64,000 nucleotides of DNA. It comes from Solobacterium sp. (GTDB taxonomy: Bacteria; Bacillota_I; Bacilli_A; Erysipelotrichales; Erysipelotrichaceae). A program made the position numbers and the translations under genes. Location of the stretch: NCBI GenBank assembly GCA_024693325.1, contig JAILLA010000074.1, forward strand, positions 2,480 to 66,479. The letters are read 5' to 3'. Below, piece by piece: positions 38,316 through 48,644 of this stretch (the stretch's first letter is position 1; each line of letters begins with the position of its first letter). The notes beneath the pieces were generated by a model. The model had not been told where the DNA came from, did no database searches, and was given only the letters and a program-made list of their open reading frames with translations.

Positions 38316-39410
38316 ATGCTGATCAATCCCAACAGCATCACAGTGAATATACTGGTAACGATCATGGTGGTCATGATGATCTTTGTGCTGCCTGCCATAG
38401 ACAGACGGGTATGCAGAAAGCTGGGGATCGATCTCAGCGGCGGCGTCAGTGAGAACGCACAGGCAGACCGTCTGATGAAGCTGAGAAAGCTCGTGCTGTA
38501 CCTGATGTTCGCCATCTATATATTTGCGGTGCTTTACCTGACACTGCTTTCCCGGAGTGCCGGATCGAATTTCCAGGTCCATGTCGACCTGTTCCAGGAT
38601 GCAGCGAATTCAGTCAGATCGGATATCGGACTGATGGATATCCTGAAGATCATGTTTACCGAAGGGATCGGCTCAGCGCTGTCCCATATCCGGGTCGTCA
38701 GGATCTCCGGCCTGACCCAGGTATATATGAACATCGCGCTGCTCGTACCGATGGGATACCTTCTGCCGTATATGTTCAGCTGGTTCCGCAGACGCGTGAT
38801 GATCCGCCCGGTCATGGCAGCGTTCATCACATCATTCCTGATCGAAAATGTCCAGCTGATGACAAAGCGCGGTCTTTATGACGCAGATGATCTTGTAACG
38901 AATACATTCGGCGGATGGATCGGCCAGATGATGTACATTGCTGTGGCATATGTGCTGACGCATCCTGACTGGAAGAAAGACCTGAAGCAGTACAGAAGAT
39001 GGAAGCACAATGCCAGAAAGGCTGTGCTGTACCCGTTCATGCGGAAGATCAGTGTATCCCGCACAACACTGTACGCGGCAGATGAAACAGCGATCTGGGA
39101 CTTCTATGTCAAAACACTGGGATTCCGTGTACGCAAACAGCTGGTACCCGAGAATTCAAATGAAACAGCGTTCCTTCTGGAAGCTGCCCATACACAGATC
39201 GAGATCAGATGCCTCAACCGGAAGGAGGAATTCCCTCCGCAGTATCTGACATTCTCCTGCAGCGATCTCCCGGCGATCAGGAAGCGTCTCCTGGAGCACG
39301 GCCTGGATGACGGTGTCTACGAGACCGATGCATATACAGGAGGAAGGATGCTGAAATTCACAGGACCGGACAATGTCACATTCACGATCCTGTCGGAAGA
39401 TGATGCCTGA
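38316..39410 (+). CDS. VanZ-like membrane domain fused to a glyoxalase/VOC-like domain
   Basis: The VanZ motif region is ENVQL...DADDLVTNTFGGWIG. The C-terminal ~120 aa resembles a VOC fold (WDFYVKTLGFRV). Confidence 0.65.
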   Translation: MLINPNSITVNILVTIMVVMMIFVLPAIDRRVCRKLGIDLSGGVSENAQADRLMKLRKLVLYLMFAIYIFAVLYLTLLSRSAGSNFQVHVDLFQDAANSVRSDIGLMDILKIMFTEGIGSALSHIRVVRISGLTQVYMNIALLVPMGYLLPYMFSWFRRRVMIRPVMAAFITSFLIENVQLMTKRGLYDADDLVTNTFGGWIGQMMYIAVAYVLTHPDWKKDLKQYRRWKHNARKAVLYPFMRKISVSRTTLYAADETAIWDFYVKTLGFRVRKQLVPENSNETAFLLEAAHTQIEIRCLNRKEEFPPQYLTFSCSDLPAIRKRLLEHGLDDGVYETDAYTGGRMLKFTGPDNVTFTILSEDDA

Positions 39411-39417
39411 GCATTGG

Positions 39418-39446
39418 GCAGGAAGCACACCGTGCTTCCTGCTTTT
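39418..39446 (+). terminator. intrinsic terminator
   Basis: GCAGGAAGCAC / GTGCTTCCTGC stem followed by TTTT. Confidence 0.7.
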
Positions 39447-39679
39447 GTCACTGCAACACGCATTATGACAGTCATATATGCAGTGCTGTTACATATGATT
39501 CCGGATGTGTTCCGTATATCAGCAGTCAGGAAAAGATGTATATCTGTGGCACTTTGCCTTAAAGCAGATACAATGAAACTGAAAGAACACCTGCAGAACG
39601 GTTTTTCCAGTTCTGCTGCAGCAGAAAACGAACATCGTCCAATTGTTGATAACACTGTTTTTGATTTAAAAGGAGAATC

Positions 39680-40960
39680 ATGATGCTTGTTGAACTGCCG
39701 TATGGTGAGACACATCTCACCGCTGAACTTCCCGATGAGCAGGAGATCCATATCCTGGAAGGAAAACTGCAATCATACAGACCGGAGATGAGTGAAGCTG
39801 AACTGATACGCTATGCGATGGAACACCCCATCGGAAGTCCCCGGCTTTCCGAACTTGCGGAAGGAAAACAGAACGTCGTCCTGATCTGTTCCAACCATAC
39901 GCGCCCCGTACCGAGCAGACTGATCATTCCGGAAATGCTCAAAGAGATCCGCAAAGGCAGTCCGGAAGCACGGGTAACTTTGCTGATCGCGACCGGATGT
40001 CATCGTTCCATGCTGGATTCAGAACTGATCAGTATGTTCGGAGAAGAGATCGTCTCAAAGGAAACGATCACCATCCATGACTGTGAAGATGAAGCAAACC
40101 TGGTACGGATCGGTACGCTTCCTTCCGGAGGGGAACTTGTCATCAACAGACTGGCCGTCGAAGCTGATCTTGTCTGTGCCGAAGGATTCATAGAGCCTCA
40201 TTTCTTTGCCGGGTTCTCCGGCGGCAGAAAAAGCATCCTTCCCGGGATTGCTTCCCGCACCTGTGTGCATTACAATCACAATGCTGCTTTCATAGATGAC
40301 CCGCATTCCCGTATGGGCATCCTGGAAGACAATCCGATCCACAGGGATATGCTGTATGCCGCGAGGACCGCAAAGCTTGCATATATCGTCAATGTCGTGA
40401 TCGATGAAGAAAAGAAAGTCATCGGCGCGTTTGCCGGTGACAGCAATCAGGCACACCTGAAAGGCACAGAGTTTGTAAAGGAACTCATGGGTGCTGACGC
40501 TGTACCTTCAGACCTGGTGCTCACCACAAACAACGGGTATCCGCTTGACCAGAATGTCTATCAGATGGTAAAGGGGATCTGTACGGCAGAAGCCGCATGC
40601 CGAGACGGCGGCGTGATCATTGCGGCAGGCGAATGCCGGGACAGCATCGGCGGAGACAGTTTTTACCGGACATTCAGGGACTGCAGTGACGTAACAGCAC
40701 TGCTTGAGGAATTCCGGAATACACCGCCGGAAGAGACCATAACGGATCAGTGGCAGTCACAGATCTTTGCCTGTATCCTGGAGAAGCACAAGGTCATTTT
40801 TATCAGCGGGGTCGATGATTACATCATCAGGGACTTCCATATGATCCCTGCCCATACGATGGCAGAAGCACTTGCCATTGCCGGGGATCTGCTGAAGAAA
40901 GAAAAGTATACGATCACCGTGATCCCGCAGGGCATCTCGGTCATACCGTATGTTCAATAG
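39680..40960 (+). CDS. larA: nickel-pincer-dependent lactate racemase family protein (LarA)
   Basis: ATGCHRS, IEPHFFAGFSGGRKSILPG (the LarA His/Lys signature) and an N-terminal LPYGE... pattern. Confidence 0.8.
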   Translation: MMLVELPYGETHLTAELPDEQEIHILEGKLQSYRPEMSEAELIRYAMEHPIGSPRLSELAEGKQNVVLICSNHTRPVPSRLIIPEMLKEIRKGSPEARVTLLIATGCHRSMLDSELISMFGEEIVSKETITIHDCEDEANLVRIGTLPSGGELVINRLAVEADLVCAEGFIEPHFFAGFSGGRKSILPGIASRTCVHYNHNAAFIDDPHSRMGILEDNPIHRDMLYAARTAKLAYIVNVVIDEEKKVIGAFAGDSNQAHLKGTEFVKELMGADAVPSDLVLTTNNGYPLDQNVYQMVKGICTAEAACRDGGVIIAAGECRDSIGGDSFYRTFRDCSDVTALLEEFRNTPPEETITDQWQSQIFACILEKHKVIFISGVDDYIIRDFHMIPAHTMAEALAIAGDLLKKEKYTITVIPQGISVIPYVQ

Positions 40961-40983
40961 AAAAAACAGAAGAAACAGCATAC

Positions 40984-41009
40984 AAAAAGGGACGGAACTC
41001 CGTCCTTTT
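40984..41009. terminator. bidirectional terminator between larA and the convergent transporter gene
   Basis: AAAAAGGGACGGAACTCCGTCCTTTTG. Confidence 0.6.
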
Positions 41010-41021
41010 GCATTCGGTTCT

Positions 41022-41885
41022 TCAGATATTCAGCAGTACCAGTGAGACCAGTATCATCAGCAGTCCCAGTGACTGGTTCCTGCTGAGACGCTCATGGAAC
41101 AGCAGGATGCCTGCAGCAGTCACCAGCAGGATCCCTCCGGCAGAGAATACCGGATAGGTGATGAATGAGGGGATCGTACGCAGTGCTCCCAACAGGAACA
41201 GGGATGAGAAGTAATTCGGAATACCGATCGCGATCCCCGAGGCAAGATCCCTGAGGGATGCTGTCTTTCCTGTTCTCCGGGTCTCCCATAACAGCAGGAA
41301 CGTCGTCAGCACAGAAGCACAGACAAACAGTATAAACATATAGACCGGTTCTTCCTCCGGAAACTGATAAGTGCTGTAGACCTTTGCCATGGCATCCGCC
41401 ATACCGCCGGTCAGCAGGACGATCAGCAGACTCAGCAGATGAAACTCCTGCGGTCTGTCCTGACCGGAGGAACGGTTCATGACAAGGAATGCGCACAGCA
41501 CGATCAGCAGTCCCGCTCCCTGCAGCAGTGTCGGCATTTCATGAAACAGGAAGATGCTGAGGGCGATGGGAACGATCAGACCGAGCTTGGAGAAGGCTGA
41601 GGTCAGGATCGCGCCGCTGACACCGATCGATGTCTGCATGCAAACAAGTGAAAGCACGAACAGAACGCCGCCGGCGATCCCGCAGCCAACGGTGGCAGGA
41701 TGCGCAGCAAACAGCATTGCCTTCTGAGGGATCAGCAGGAACCCGATCAGAGAACATGTCAGATAGTTTCCCAGGATCATGCCGTACCGGTTCGACTGGT
41801 TTGCACTGAACAGGCGCATCAGCAATGTCAGTGACGCTGTGCATAAGACAGCCATTGCGAGGGCTGCCGGTGAGGGAATATTCAT
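41022..41885 (-). CDS. DMT/EamA-like 10-TM transporter
   Basis: 287-aa polytopic protein whose two halves look similar. The family call is tentative. Confidence 0.6.
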   Translation of the reverse strand: MNIPSPAALAMAVLCTASLTLLMRLFSANQSNRYGMILGNYLTCSLIGFLLIPQKAMLFAAHPATVGCGIAGGVLFVLSLVCMQTSIGVSGAILTSAFSKLGLIVPIALSIFLFHEMPTLLQGAGLLIVLCAFLVMNRSSGQDRPQEFHLLSLLIVLLTGGMADAMAKVYSTYQFPEEEPVYMFILFVCASVLTTFLLLWETRRTGKTASLRDLASGIAIGIPNYFSSLFLLGALRTIPSFITYPVFSAGGILLVTAAGILLFHERLSRNQSLGLLMILVSLVLLNI

Positions 41886-42011
41886 CCTGTGCTCCTTTCA
41901 GGAATTGTATCCAATGCATGTATTATTGCACAAAGAGAGTACAGACGGACAGAAAAAGAAGCCTCATTTCAATTATTAAGATTGTCTCCATCCGGTCCAT
42001 TCATTCCTTTG

Positions 42012-42779
42012 ATGTGGGATAATGCAGATATGCTGAGAACCGCAGGAATGATCGCCGGGGCTGCCGGCATCCTGATATTCTTCTTCCCGGTATTTGCCGG
42101 GATCTTCAACTTCGGTGTACTTGCCGGTACACTGCTTTCCGCGTGTCTGTTTATTGGCTGCCGGATGCAGCCGCGACTGCAGGCATTGGCAGCAGGGAAT
42201 CCTGCATTCCGTATCCTTTTGTATATCATTCAGGCAGGGTATATATTGTTTCTTGCCATCGCGGCATTTGCCTGCCTGCAGATGTATCGTGAAACACGGA
42301 ATCTTCCCACGGAAGAAACAGATCAGACTATGATCGTGCTTGGCTGCGGACTGGAAGGGGAACGGCCGAGCCAGATGCTGTGGCGCAGACTTACTGCCGC
42401 ACAAAGTTATCTTGAACAGCATCCCGATATTCCGGTCATCGTTTCCGGAGGACAGGGGAGCGATGAGATCATGTCAGAAGCACAATGCATGAAGAACTGG
42501 CTCACGGACCACGGTATTTCCGGGGAACGGATCTTCATGGAAGACCGGTCAGCGTCAACCTTTGAAAACCTCAGCTTCTCCAAAGCAGTTATTGCGGAAA
42601 ATGACCTGCCGGAAAAGATCATCATCGTAACTAATAATTTCCATTCCTGCCGGGCTGCCATGATCGCCCGCAAACAGGGGTACTCCTGCACGTCTGTACC
42701 GGCAAAGACCACCTGGTGGCTGTTTCCGGTATCCGTATTAAGAGAAGTGTTCGGTATTGCAAAAGAATGGGTGTTCTGA
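42012..42779 (+). CDS. YdcF/DUF218 (SanA/ElyC-like) protein with N-terminal TM helices
   Basis: IVLGCGLEGERPS...VIVSGGQG...E...M...L...G...I..E..S.ST.EN. The ORF-track start at 41889 overlaps the divergent gene, so an internal ATG at 42012 (or 42030) is preferred. Confidence 0.75.
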   Translation: MWDNADMLRTAGMIAGAAGILIFFFPVFAGIFNFGVLAGTLLSACLFIGCRMQPRLQALAAGNPAFRILLYIIQAGYILFLAIAAFACLQMYRETRNLPTEETDQTMIVLGCGLEGERPSQMLWRRLTAAQSYLEQHPDIPVIVSGGQGSDEIMSEAQCMKNWLTDHGISGERIFMEDRSASTFENLSFSKAVIAENDLPEKIIIVTNNFHSCRAAMIARKQGYSCTSVPAKTTWWLFPVSVLREVFGIAKEWVF

Positions 42780-42832
42780 AATAACGCCAGCAGGTGCTGC
42801 CAGCATTATGCCGGTGATATGAAGATAAGAAA

Positions 42833-42861
42833 GGGAACTGCTTTTCAACAGTTCCCGTTTT
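42833..42861. terminator. bidirectional terminator
   Basis: GGGAACTG / CAGTTCCC stem flanked by an A-rich and a T-rich run. Confidence 0.7.
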
Positions 42862-42872
42862 AGCATATCACG

Positions 42873-45065
42873 CTATTTTCTGATCTTCTGAAGCTGTTCG
42901 TTCAGCTGTTTTGATAATTCCTGCGGAACAGCATCACCTGCTTTTTTCAGGAGGGATTCAAAGCTCATGCCGGCCATCATCCTCTGAAGGTTAGCGTTGC
43001 TGTTGGCTGATTTTGCAACATCACCGCGGCTTTCGATCATTTTCTGCATCACTGCACCGACCAGTTTTCCTGCTTCAGGATGCGCCATCAATGCACCGAA
43101 TGAATCGCGGATGGAGAAACAGCTGGAATCAAAACCTGACTCGTCAAACCAGTTGGCGACAGCGCCTGCTGAGCCGAAGCGGTAGCTTTCATCAGGCTTG
43201 TCAGTATGGCGGATCACGATCGTATCCGTGCATGCACCTGCCTGCGCAGTTACGGTATGTTCACTGCTGATCGGCAGGCGGAAGACAAATACAGTTTTTC
43301 CTGTCTGTGAACCGATCATTTTTCCATCGGCATACAATGTCACTTCCGGCTGGTTTGAATAGACCTTGATCTCCGTTTCATCTTCTGCACGGTTGATATA
43401 ACGTCTGCCGCACAGATGAACGAACGGCTCATTCTGATTCCAGGCTGCTTTATAGAGATAGAAGGCATCCTTTTTTGTCTTTCTGTCGAAGGTTACAAGG
43501 CCTTTCTGGTTCTGACCTTTTTTGCCGCCTTCGTCTCTTCCATCAGCTGCGAAGTCAAACATGTTCCACACATGAGTCGCCCAGAGCCAGGGATGCCGTT
43601 CGATACAGCCTAGTATATATTCATGGTACAAGGCCTGGTACTGTTCAGAATAGTCACCCTGTTCCGGTCTGGAAGACTGGAATGCAGGATTGGCGTCCGC
43701 ACCGTATTCGGAAAAGCCCATCACACGGTCCGGATATTTCTCATGGTACTCATCAAAGAATGAATCATTCTGCTTCAGATCACCGAGATACCATCCGAAA
43801 TACAGGTTGTAGCTTGCGATGTCGGGCAGGTTGACGAGCGGGCTGTCAAACTCCAGCATAAATGCATGGGCCATTGATGTGGGTCTTGTCGGGTCCATGC
43901 GGTGGCACAGATCATTGAGGATCTGATGGTTCTCCAGCAGATCATCGGTAACACCGTGGACTGCTACCTCATTGGACAGACCCCAGCAGGCAATGCAGGG
44001 ATGGTTATAGCACTGCGTGATCAGCTCCCGCATCTGGTCGACAGTGTTCTGTCTGCCGGCAGGCATGTGTTCTGTGATATACGGGATCTCCGCCCAGGCA
44101 ACCATGCCGTATTTATCGCATAAGTCCAGGAAATACTGGCTGTGCTGGTAATGCGCGAGCCTGATCGTATTGGCGCCGATCTCCCTGATCAGTTCCATAT
44201 CCTCCAGGTGCTCTGCCCGGCTGAGGGCATTGCCGATCCCGATACGGTCCTGATGGCGTGATACGCCGCGAAGGGGATATGTCTTACCGTTCAGGAGGAA
44301 GCCTTTGTCTGCATTGAATTCCATAGTCCTGCAGCCATACCGTGCGGATACAGCGTCACCGCTGTCCAGTGCGGCATGCATTTCATACAGATACGGATCG
44401 TTGAGACCATCCCATAACCGGACATTTTCGATCGTGAAGACGGCTGCTGCTGTTCCGTTATGACTGACGGCTGTTTTTGTCTGACCGGCGGTCGTAAAGG
44501 TCACGGTACCGCCGTTCTGCCAGGTCTCAACTGTTACTTCTGCAGTATTTGTCACAAGATCAACGACCGGTGTTACTTTGATGCCCGGCGTTCCGTCCTT
44601 CTCGAGTTCGAAGTGTGTTTCCGGAACGATGATCAGGCTGACATCCCGGTAAAGACCGCCGTAGAATGTGAAATCTGCTTTCTGGGGATAGATACGGTCA
44701 TTTTCACTGTTGTCCACTTTGATCCACAAAGTATTCTCTTCTTCCAGATGATCTGTCAGGTCTGTCCGGAAGGCAGAGTAACCGCCGTCATGGACAGTAA
44801 GCTCTGAGCCGTTGAGCAATACTTCTGCATGCATTGCGGCACCGTTGATCTCAAGGAAGACACGGCTTCCCTCGGGATATGAAGGGCGGCAGAAAGTTTT
44901 GATATAGCTTGCAGTTCCCCGCCAGTAATCATTGCCTCCATCCTGGCCGTCTTCCGCGTTCCAGGTATGCGGTAGGGTCACATCTTCCCAGATGATGTTT
45001 GAGCTGGTGAGGGAGGCTGTTTTGGCAAAGCGCCATCCTTCATTAAAACCTGTGATCGTTCTCAT
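42873..45065 (-). CDS. glycoside hydrolase family 2 (beta-galactosidase/beta-glucuronidase-like)
   Basis: 730 aa with N-terminal LPHTWN...DYWRGTASY and WGLSNE (acid/base Glu context). Confidence 0.85.
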   Translation of the reverse strand: MRTITGFNEGWRFAKTASLTSSNIIWEDVTLPHTWNAEDGQDGGNDYWRGTASYIKTFCRPSYPEGSRVFLEINGAAMHAEVLLNGSELTVHDGGYSAFRTDLTDHLEEENTLWIKVDNSENDRIYPQKADFTFYGGLYRDVSLIIVPETHFELEKDGTPGIKVTPVVDLVTNTAEVTVETWQNGGTVTFTTAGQTKTAVSHNGTAAAVFTIENVRLWDGLNDPYLYEMHAALDSGDAVSARYGCRTMEFNADKGFLLNGKTYPLRGVSRHQDRIGIGNALSRAEHLEDMELIREIGANTIRLAHYQHSQYFLDLCDKYGMVAWAEIPYITEHMPAGRQNTVDQMRELITQCYNHPCIACWGLSNEVAVHGVTDDLLENHQILNDLCHRMDPTRPTSMAHAFMLEFDSPLVNLPDIASYNLYFGWYLGDLKQNDSFFDEYHEKYPDRVMGFSEYGADANPAFQSSRPEQGDYSEQYQALYHEYILGCIERHPWLWATHVWNMFDFAADGRDEGGKKGQNQKGLVTFDRKTKKDAFYLYKAAWNQNEPFVHLCGRRYINRAEDETEIKVYSNQPEVTLYADGKMIGSQTGKTVFVFRLPISSEHTVTAQAGACTDTIVIRHTDKPDESYRFGSAGAVANWFDESGFDSSCFSIRDSFGALMAHPEAGKLVGAVMQKMIESRGDVAKSANSNANLQRMMAGMSFESLLKKAGDAVPQELSKQLNEQLQKIRK

Positions 45066-45085
45066 TGTCAGAGCCCTCCGTTTTT

Positions 45086-46519
45086 TCAGTCATTTTTGTT
45101 TTTCAATTCTGCGTTCTTGATCTGGATCCTTTCCATTTCTTCTCTGTCAAGTTTATAGAACTTCATGGCAGCCAGTGTGCAGAGATATCCGAGTATCGGC
45201 ATGCCGAGCCAGAGGAACAGCGCGATGTTGAGGATCGGACGGGAGAATGCATCAGTTGCCTGCGGCATTGCCTCGACGTAACCGATCGATGCGACAGCCA
45301 GACCGACGATCGTAGCACCGAGTGAAGAGATCAGCTTCTGGACGAAGGAATATGTCATCGCTACGACAGACGGAGAGAAGTGTCCGCTGTTGGAAAGTTC
45401 ATAGTCTGTGATATCAGCGATCATCGGGAATGTGCAGGATGAAACGATCATCTGGGTCGCATTCATCAGGCAGCGAAGAACGATGAATCCGATCATCAGG
45501 CCTGTGACTTTTGTGATCTGCAGTGTGTCAACAGTCATCATGAAGATGTACATTGCAGCATAAGCAGCCAGGGAAAGGATCGTCCACTGAACAAGTGTTT
45601 TCTTTGTGCCGTTGCGCTTTGCCAGTCCGGCTGTCAGGAACAGCATGGCGACTGTCAGCGCTGTCATATACAGGGAGATCTGACCGGAGAAACGATAGTT
45701 GCCGATACAGATACCGAAGATCATGACGTTGATCGCACTCTGTGACGCTGTCTGCATTGCCAGAGCATCGGAAGCTGCGGCGATCGTGAACATCTGGAGA
45801 GGACGGCTGGAAGCGATCATCCTGAACATTTCAGAGACCTTGATCGATTCCTTGGCAGAGCCTTTGTATGTTTCCGGGACATCGTTTCCGGAAGCAGAGA
45901 TCGCAAAGATTGCGAGGAATGTCAGAATGCCGGTGATTCCAATGATCAGGAGCGCAAGATCTTTGAACAGCGGCAGGCCGTACTGGAAATTGTGTTTCGG
46001 CATTAATGTAGCCGCAAGGATCATTGAGAAAGTTCCGCTGAAGATGGACTTGAATACTGCTGCCCAGCGGCCGACCATCGGACGCTGTTTCGGATCATTT
46101 GTGATGACTGCCGCAACCATGCCGTCACCGGTGTTGAATACCGTGTAGCCGATGATATAGAGAATATAGATACCGATGAACACACCGATCTGGCCCTTGC
46201 CCGGGCAGGTGATGAACATCAGTGTGATTGCAAGAGCAACGATGAACCAGCCAAGCAGAAGCAGCGGGCGGACACGGCCGAATTTCGTGTTCAGCCGGTC
46301 TGTCAGGAATCCGCAGACAGGGTCGGTAATGGCATCGAAGACACGTGTGCCGGTGATGATCGTTCCGGCAAGGATGCTGGTAGCGCCGTACACACCGACG
46401 GCGACGTAGGATGCGAATGTCATCAGAATGACAAGAGCTGTCGGTACTACCTGGGACATGACAGCGAGTGCGAGCTGCCACCCCTTGGCACTGCGGTAAG
46501 TAACGTTGTTTGTACTCAT
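45086..46519 (-). CDS. glycoside-pentoside-hexuronide (GPH)/MFS sugar:cation symporter
   Basis: 12-TM protein with the D..CG.L.DR...K.GR.RP motif. AGGAGG lies before the ATG at 46519. It is in an operon with the GH2 gene. Confidence 0.8.
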   Translation of the reverse strand: MSTNNVTYRSAKGWQLALAVMSQVVPTALVILMTFASYVAVGVYGATSILAGTIITGTRVFDAITDPVCGFLTDRLNTKFGRVRPLLLLGWFIVALAITLMFITCPGKGQIGVFIGIYILYIIGYTVFNTGDGMVAAVITNDPKQRPMVGRWAAVFKSIFSGTFSMILAATLMPKHNFQYGLPLFKDLALLIIGITGILTFLAIFAISASGNDVPETYKGSAKESIKVSEMFRMIASSRPLQMFTIAAASDALAMQTASQSAINVMIFGICIGNYRFSGQISLYMTALTVAMLFLTAGLAKRNGTKKTLVQWTILSLAAYAAMYIFMMTVDTLQITKVTGLMIGFIVLRCLMNATQMIVSSCTFPMIADITDYELSNSGHFSPSVVAMTYSFVQKLISSLGATIVGLAVASIGYVEAMPQATDAFSRPILNIALFLWLGMPILGYLCTLAAMKFYKLDREEMERIQIKNAELKNKND

Positions 46520-46678
46520 GTTTTCCTCCTGTTCGGTTCTTATATAACCGCTTACTGAGGTCATTGTAGGAAATAAACATCATAAGAAATAGCACAAACA
46601 GCATATGATATAGCATAAACAACATTAATATTATTCCAAATATTAAATGTATGCTATTTTTATTATATAAATCCAATA

Positions 46679-47899
46679 TTGGAGAAGCGTATGGAAAAGA
46701 AGGAATCGTTATTCAATAAGATCATCTCTGACCTTAATATCGCAACTTCCAGGATCAGCCTGCCCATAACAGTCAATCGGATGTTTCCTGATCTGGGTCT
46801 TAGAAGCACATTGTTCGGACCTGACGCACCGTTTACAGACAGACTTCCGGACATGGAACTGACAGTGAAAAAACAGCCCATCATTCTGCTGCGTGATCAG
46901 TTCCGCTGTCATTATTTCTTCGGATCGGATCCGGAACGGGCCCATATCTACCTGGTCGGTCCTTATGTGCATAAAACACTTACGATCGCCGAGATCAACC
47001 ATATTCTTGTGAAAAACGGCATCAGCTATCCGGATATGAACTATCTGAGACTGTATTATCATTCGCTTCCGGTGATCCGTGATGAGAACCTGATGTATAC
47101 GATACTGCATGCGCACTGTGTTGATGTTTATGGCCCGGATGGTTTTGAAATATTCTATGAGGAGATCATTCCCGGGAAGCATCATGTCTGTTCTGTTTCT
47201 GATAAGCCTGCCGGCAATAGATTTCAGCGTGACTTCAGTGAACGTACATATGCAATCGAAAAGCAGATGCTTGCCTGTATCAGGGAAGGGAATTATAAGG
47301 GAGCTGAAGCAGCAATCAAAAAACTGGAACGGCAAGGAACTGAATCCAGGGCTGCCAGTACACTGCGGAATGACAAGAACTACGGGATCGTATTCAATAC
47401 GCTTTGCCGTCTTGCGGTCAGTGAGAGCGGTGCTCCCGCCTGGAAAGTCGACGAATTATCCCGCTTTTATTCAGTCCAGATCGAAAATGTCAGTTCCATG
47501 CCGGAACTGATCTCTCTGCGGGAAGAAAGCCTCAGGGAATACTGCCGTCTCGCACGTGAAGCCTCGGAAAAACCATATTCTTCGATCGTGCAGAGTGCTG
47601 TCGATCATATACATTCCGACTTCGGACAGAATATCACCCTGGAGGAAACAGCCCATGACCTGAACATCAGCGCAGGGTACCTTTCCGGTCTGTTCCGGAA
47701 GGAGACCGGCCGGACCTTTTCCGGATATCTGAGCGATATCCGGATCGACCATGCCAGGTACCTGCTGGAAAACAGCAGTCTGCCGGTCCTGGAGATCGCT
47801 ATGGAATGCGGTATTCCCGATCCCAATTACTTTTCACGGCTGTTCAAGCAGAAAGAAAACATGACTCCGCTTCAGTACCGTAAAATGAAATGGAAATAG
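46679..47899 (+). CDS. AraC-family transcriptional regulator
   Basis: The C-terminal double HTH is ISAGYLSGLFRKETG...IAMECGIPDPNYFSRLFK. The gene is divergent from the sugar operon. Confidence 0.85.
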   Translation: MEKRMEKKESLFNKIISDLNIATSRISLPITVNRMFPDLGLRSTLFGPDAPFTDRLPDMELTVKKQPIILLRDQFRCHYFFGSDPERAHIYLVGPYVHKTLTIAEINHILVKNGISYPDMNYLRLYYHSLPVIRDENLMYTILHAHCVDVYGPDGFEIFYEEIIPGKHHVCSVSDKPAGNRFQRDFSERTYAIEKQMLACIREGNYKGAEAAIKKLERQGTESRAASTLRNDKNYGIVFNTLCRLAVSESGAPAWKVDELSRFYSVQIENVSSMPELISLREESLREYCRLAREASEKPYSSIVQSAVDHIHSDFGQNITLEETAHDLNISAGYLSGLFRKETGRTFSGYLSDIRIDHARYLLENSSLPVLEIAMECGIPDPNYFSRLFKQKENMTPLQYRKMKWK

Positions 47900-47934
47900 G
47901 TTTGCGGAATATCACGAACTGCAGGTAAAGAAGA

Positions 47935-48492
47935 TCAGAATACGCCGCTGATGCCGTAAGCATCCTTCAGCTGCTGCGGCATAAAACGGTACTGCAGACG
48001 GGCAAACTGTTCAGGCGTATAGTTCAGTTCACCGCGCAGCCATTCAAATGTGAGGCCGATGCAGGCATACGCGTGAGAACGTACAGCATAATCCAGATCA
48101 GCCGGAAGCACTTCGATGTGAAAGTGCTTTTTCATTGCGTCTGTTCCCAGATCACAGAAATACCGGTAGATATAAGAACGTACAGCATTCTGCGAGTTGT
48201 CTGAGAAAACTGCTTTGTAAAAGCTCCGGTTATTGTACATCCGTTCCAGGGTGTTGATATTGTGCTGAAGGGTATAGAATCCCTGTTCCGATTCAAGTGA
48301 AGCGATATAGTCCTGCAGGAAGATCCAGGCAGCCAGATCATATTTGTCTATGAAATGATAATAGAACGTACGCCGGTCAGCCCCGCAGCGCCTGCAAAGT
48401 TCACCGACCCTGATCTTATCAAACGGGAGGGCTGAAACCATTCTGATCAGTTCATCCGCAAACAGCTGTTTTGTCATATTTCCCAATGCCAT
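47935..48492 (-). CDS. TetR-family regulator (DhaS-like subgroup)
   Basis: FDKIRVGELCRRCGADRRTFYYHFIDKYDL. Confidence 0.75.
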   Translation of the reverse strand: MALGNMTKQLFADELIRMVSALPFDKIRVGELCRRCGADRRTFYYHFIDKYDLAAWIFLQDYIASLESEQGFYTLQHNINTLERMYNNRSFYKAVFSDNSQNAVRSYIYRYFCDLGTDAMKKHFHIEVLPADLDYAVRSHAYACIGLTFEWLRGELNYTPEQFARLQYRFMPQQLKDAYGISGVF

Positions 48493-48644
48493 ATTTCACC
48501 TCCGCCGCACTATATTTTCTTTATTTCATCATAAATGAAAAATGTGCAGAAATTACACAAAAATTAAATTTGTGCATATTATTTTGGCTGCCCGTAAATT
48601 ATTCTGAAAGTGTAAAAAATACGTACAGAAACAGGAGGAAGCGT

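Noticed and set aside
39414-39683. 89-aa ORF in the larA leader
   Set aside because: It begins inside the terminator hairpin of the upstream gene and has no RBS and no recognisable features. I treat the region as an untranslated leader.
46125-46676. 183-aa minus-strand ORF overlapping the 5-prime end of the GPH transporter gene, and the longer 46564 start for the transporter
   Set aside because: The ORF is an off-frame overlap. The ATG at 46519 has an AGGAGG RBS, whereas the upstream extension has none.
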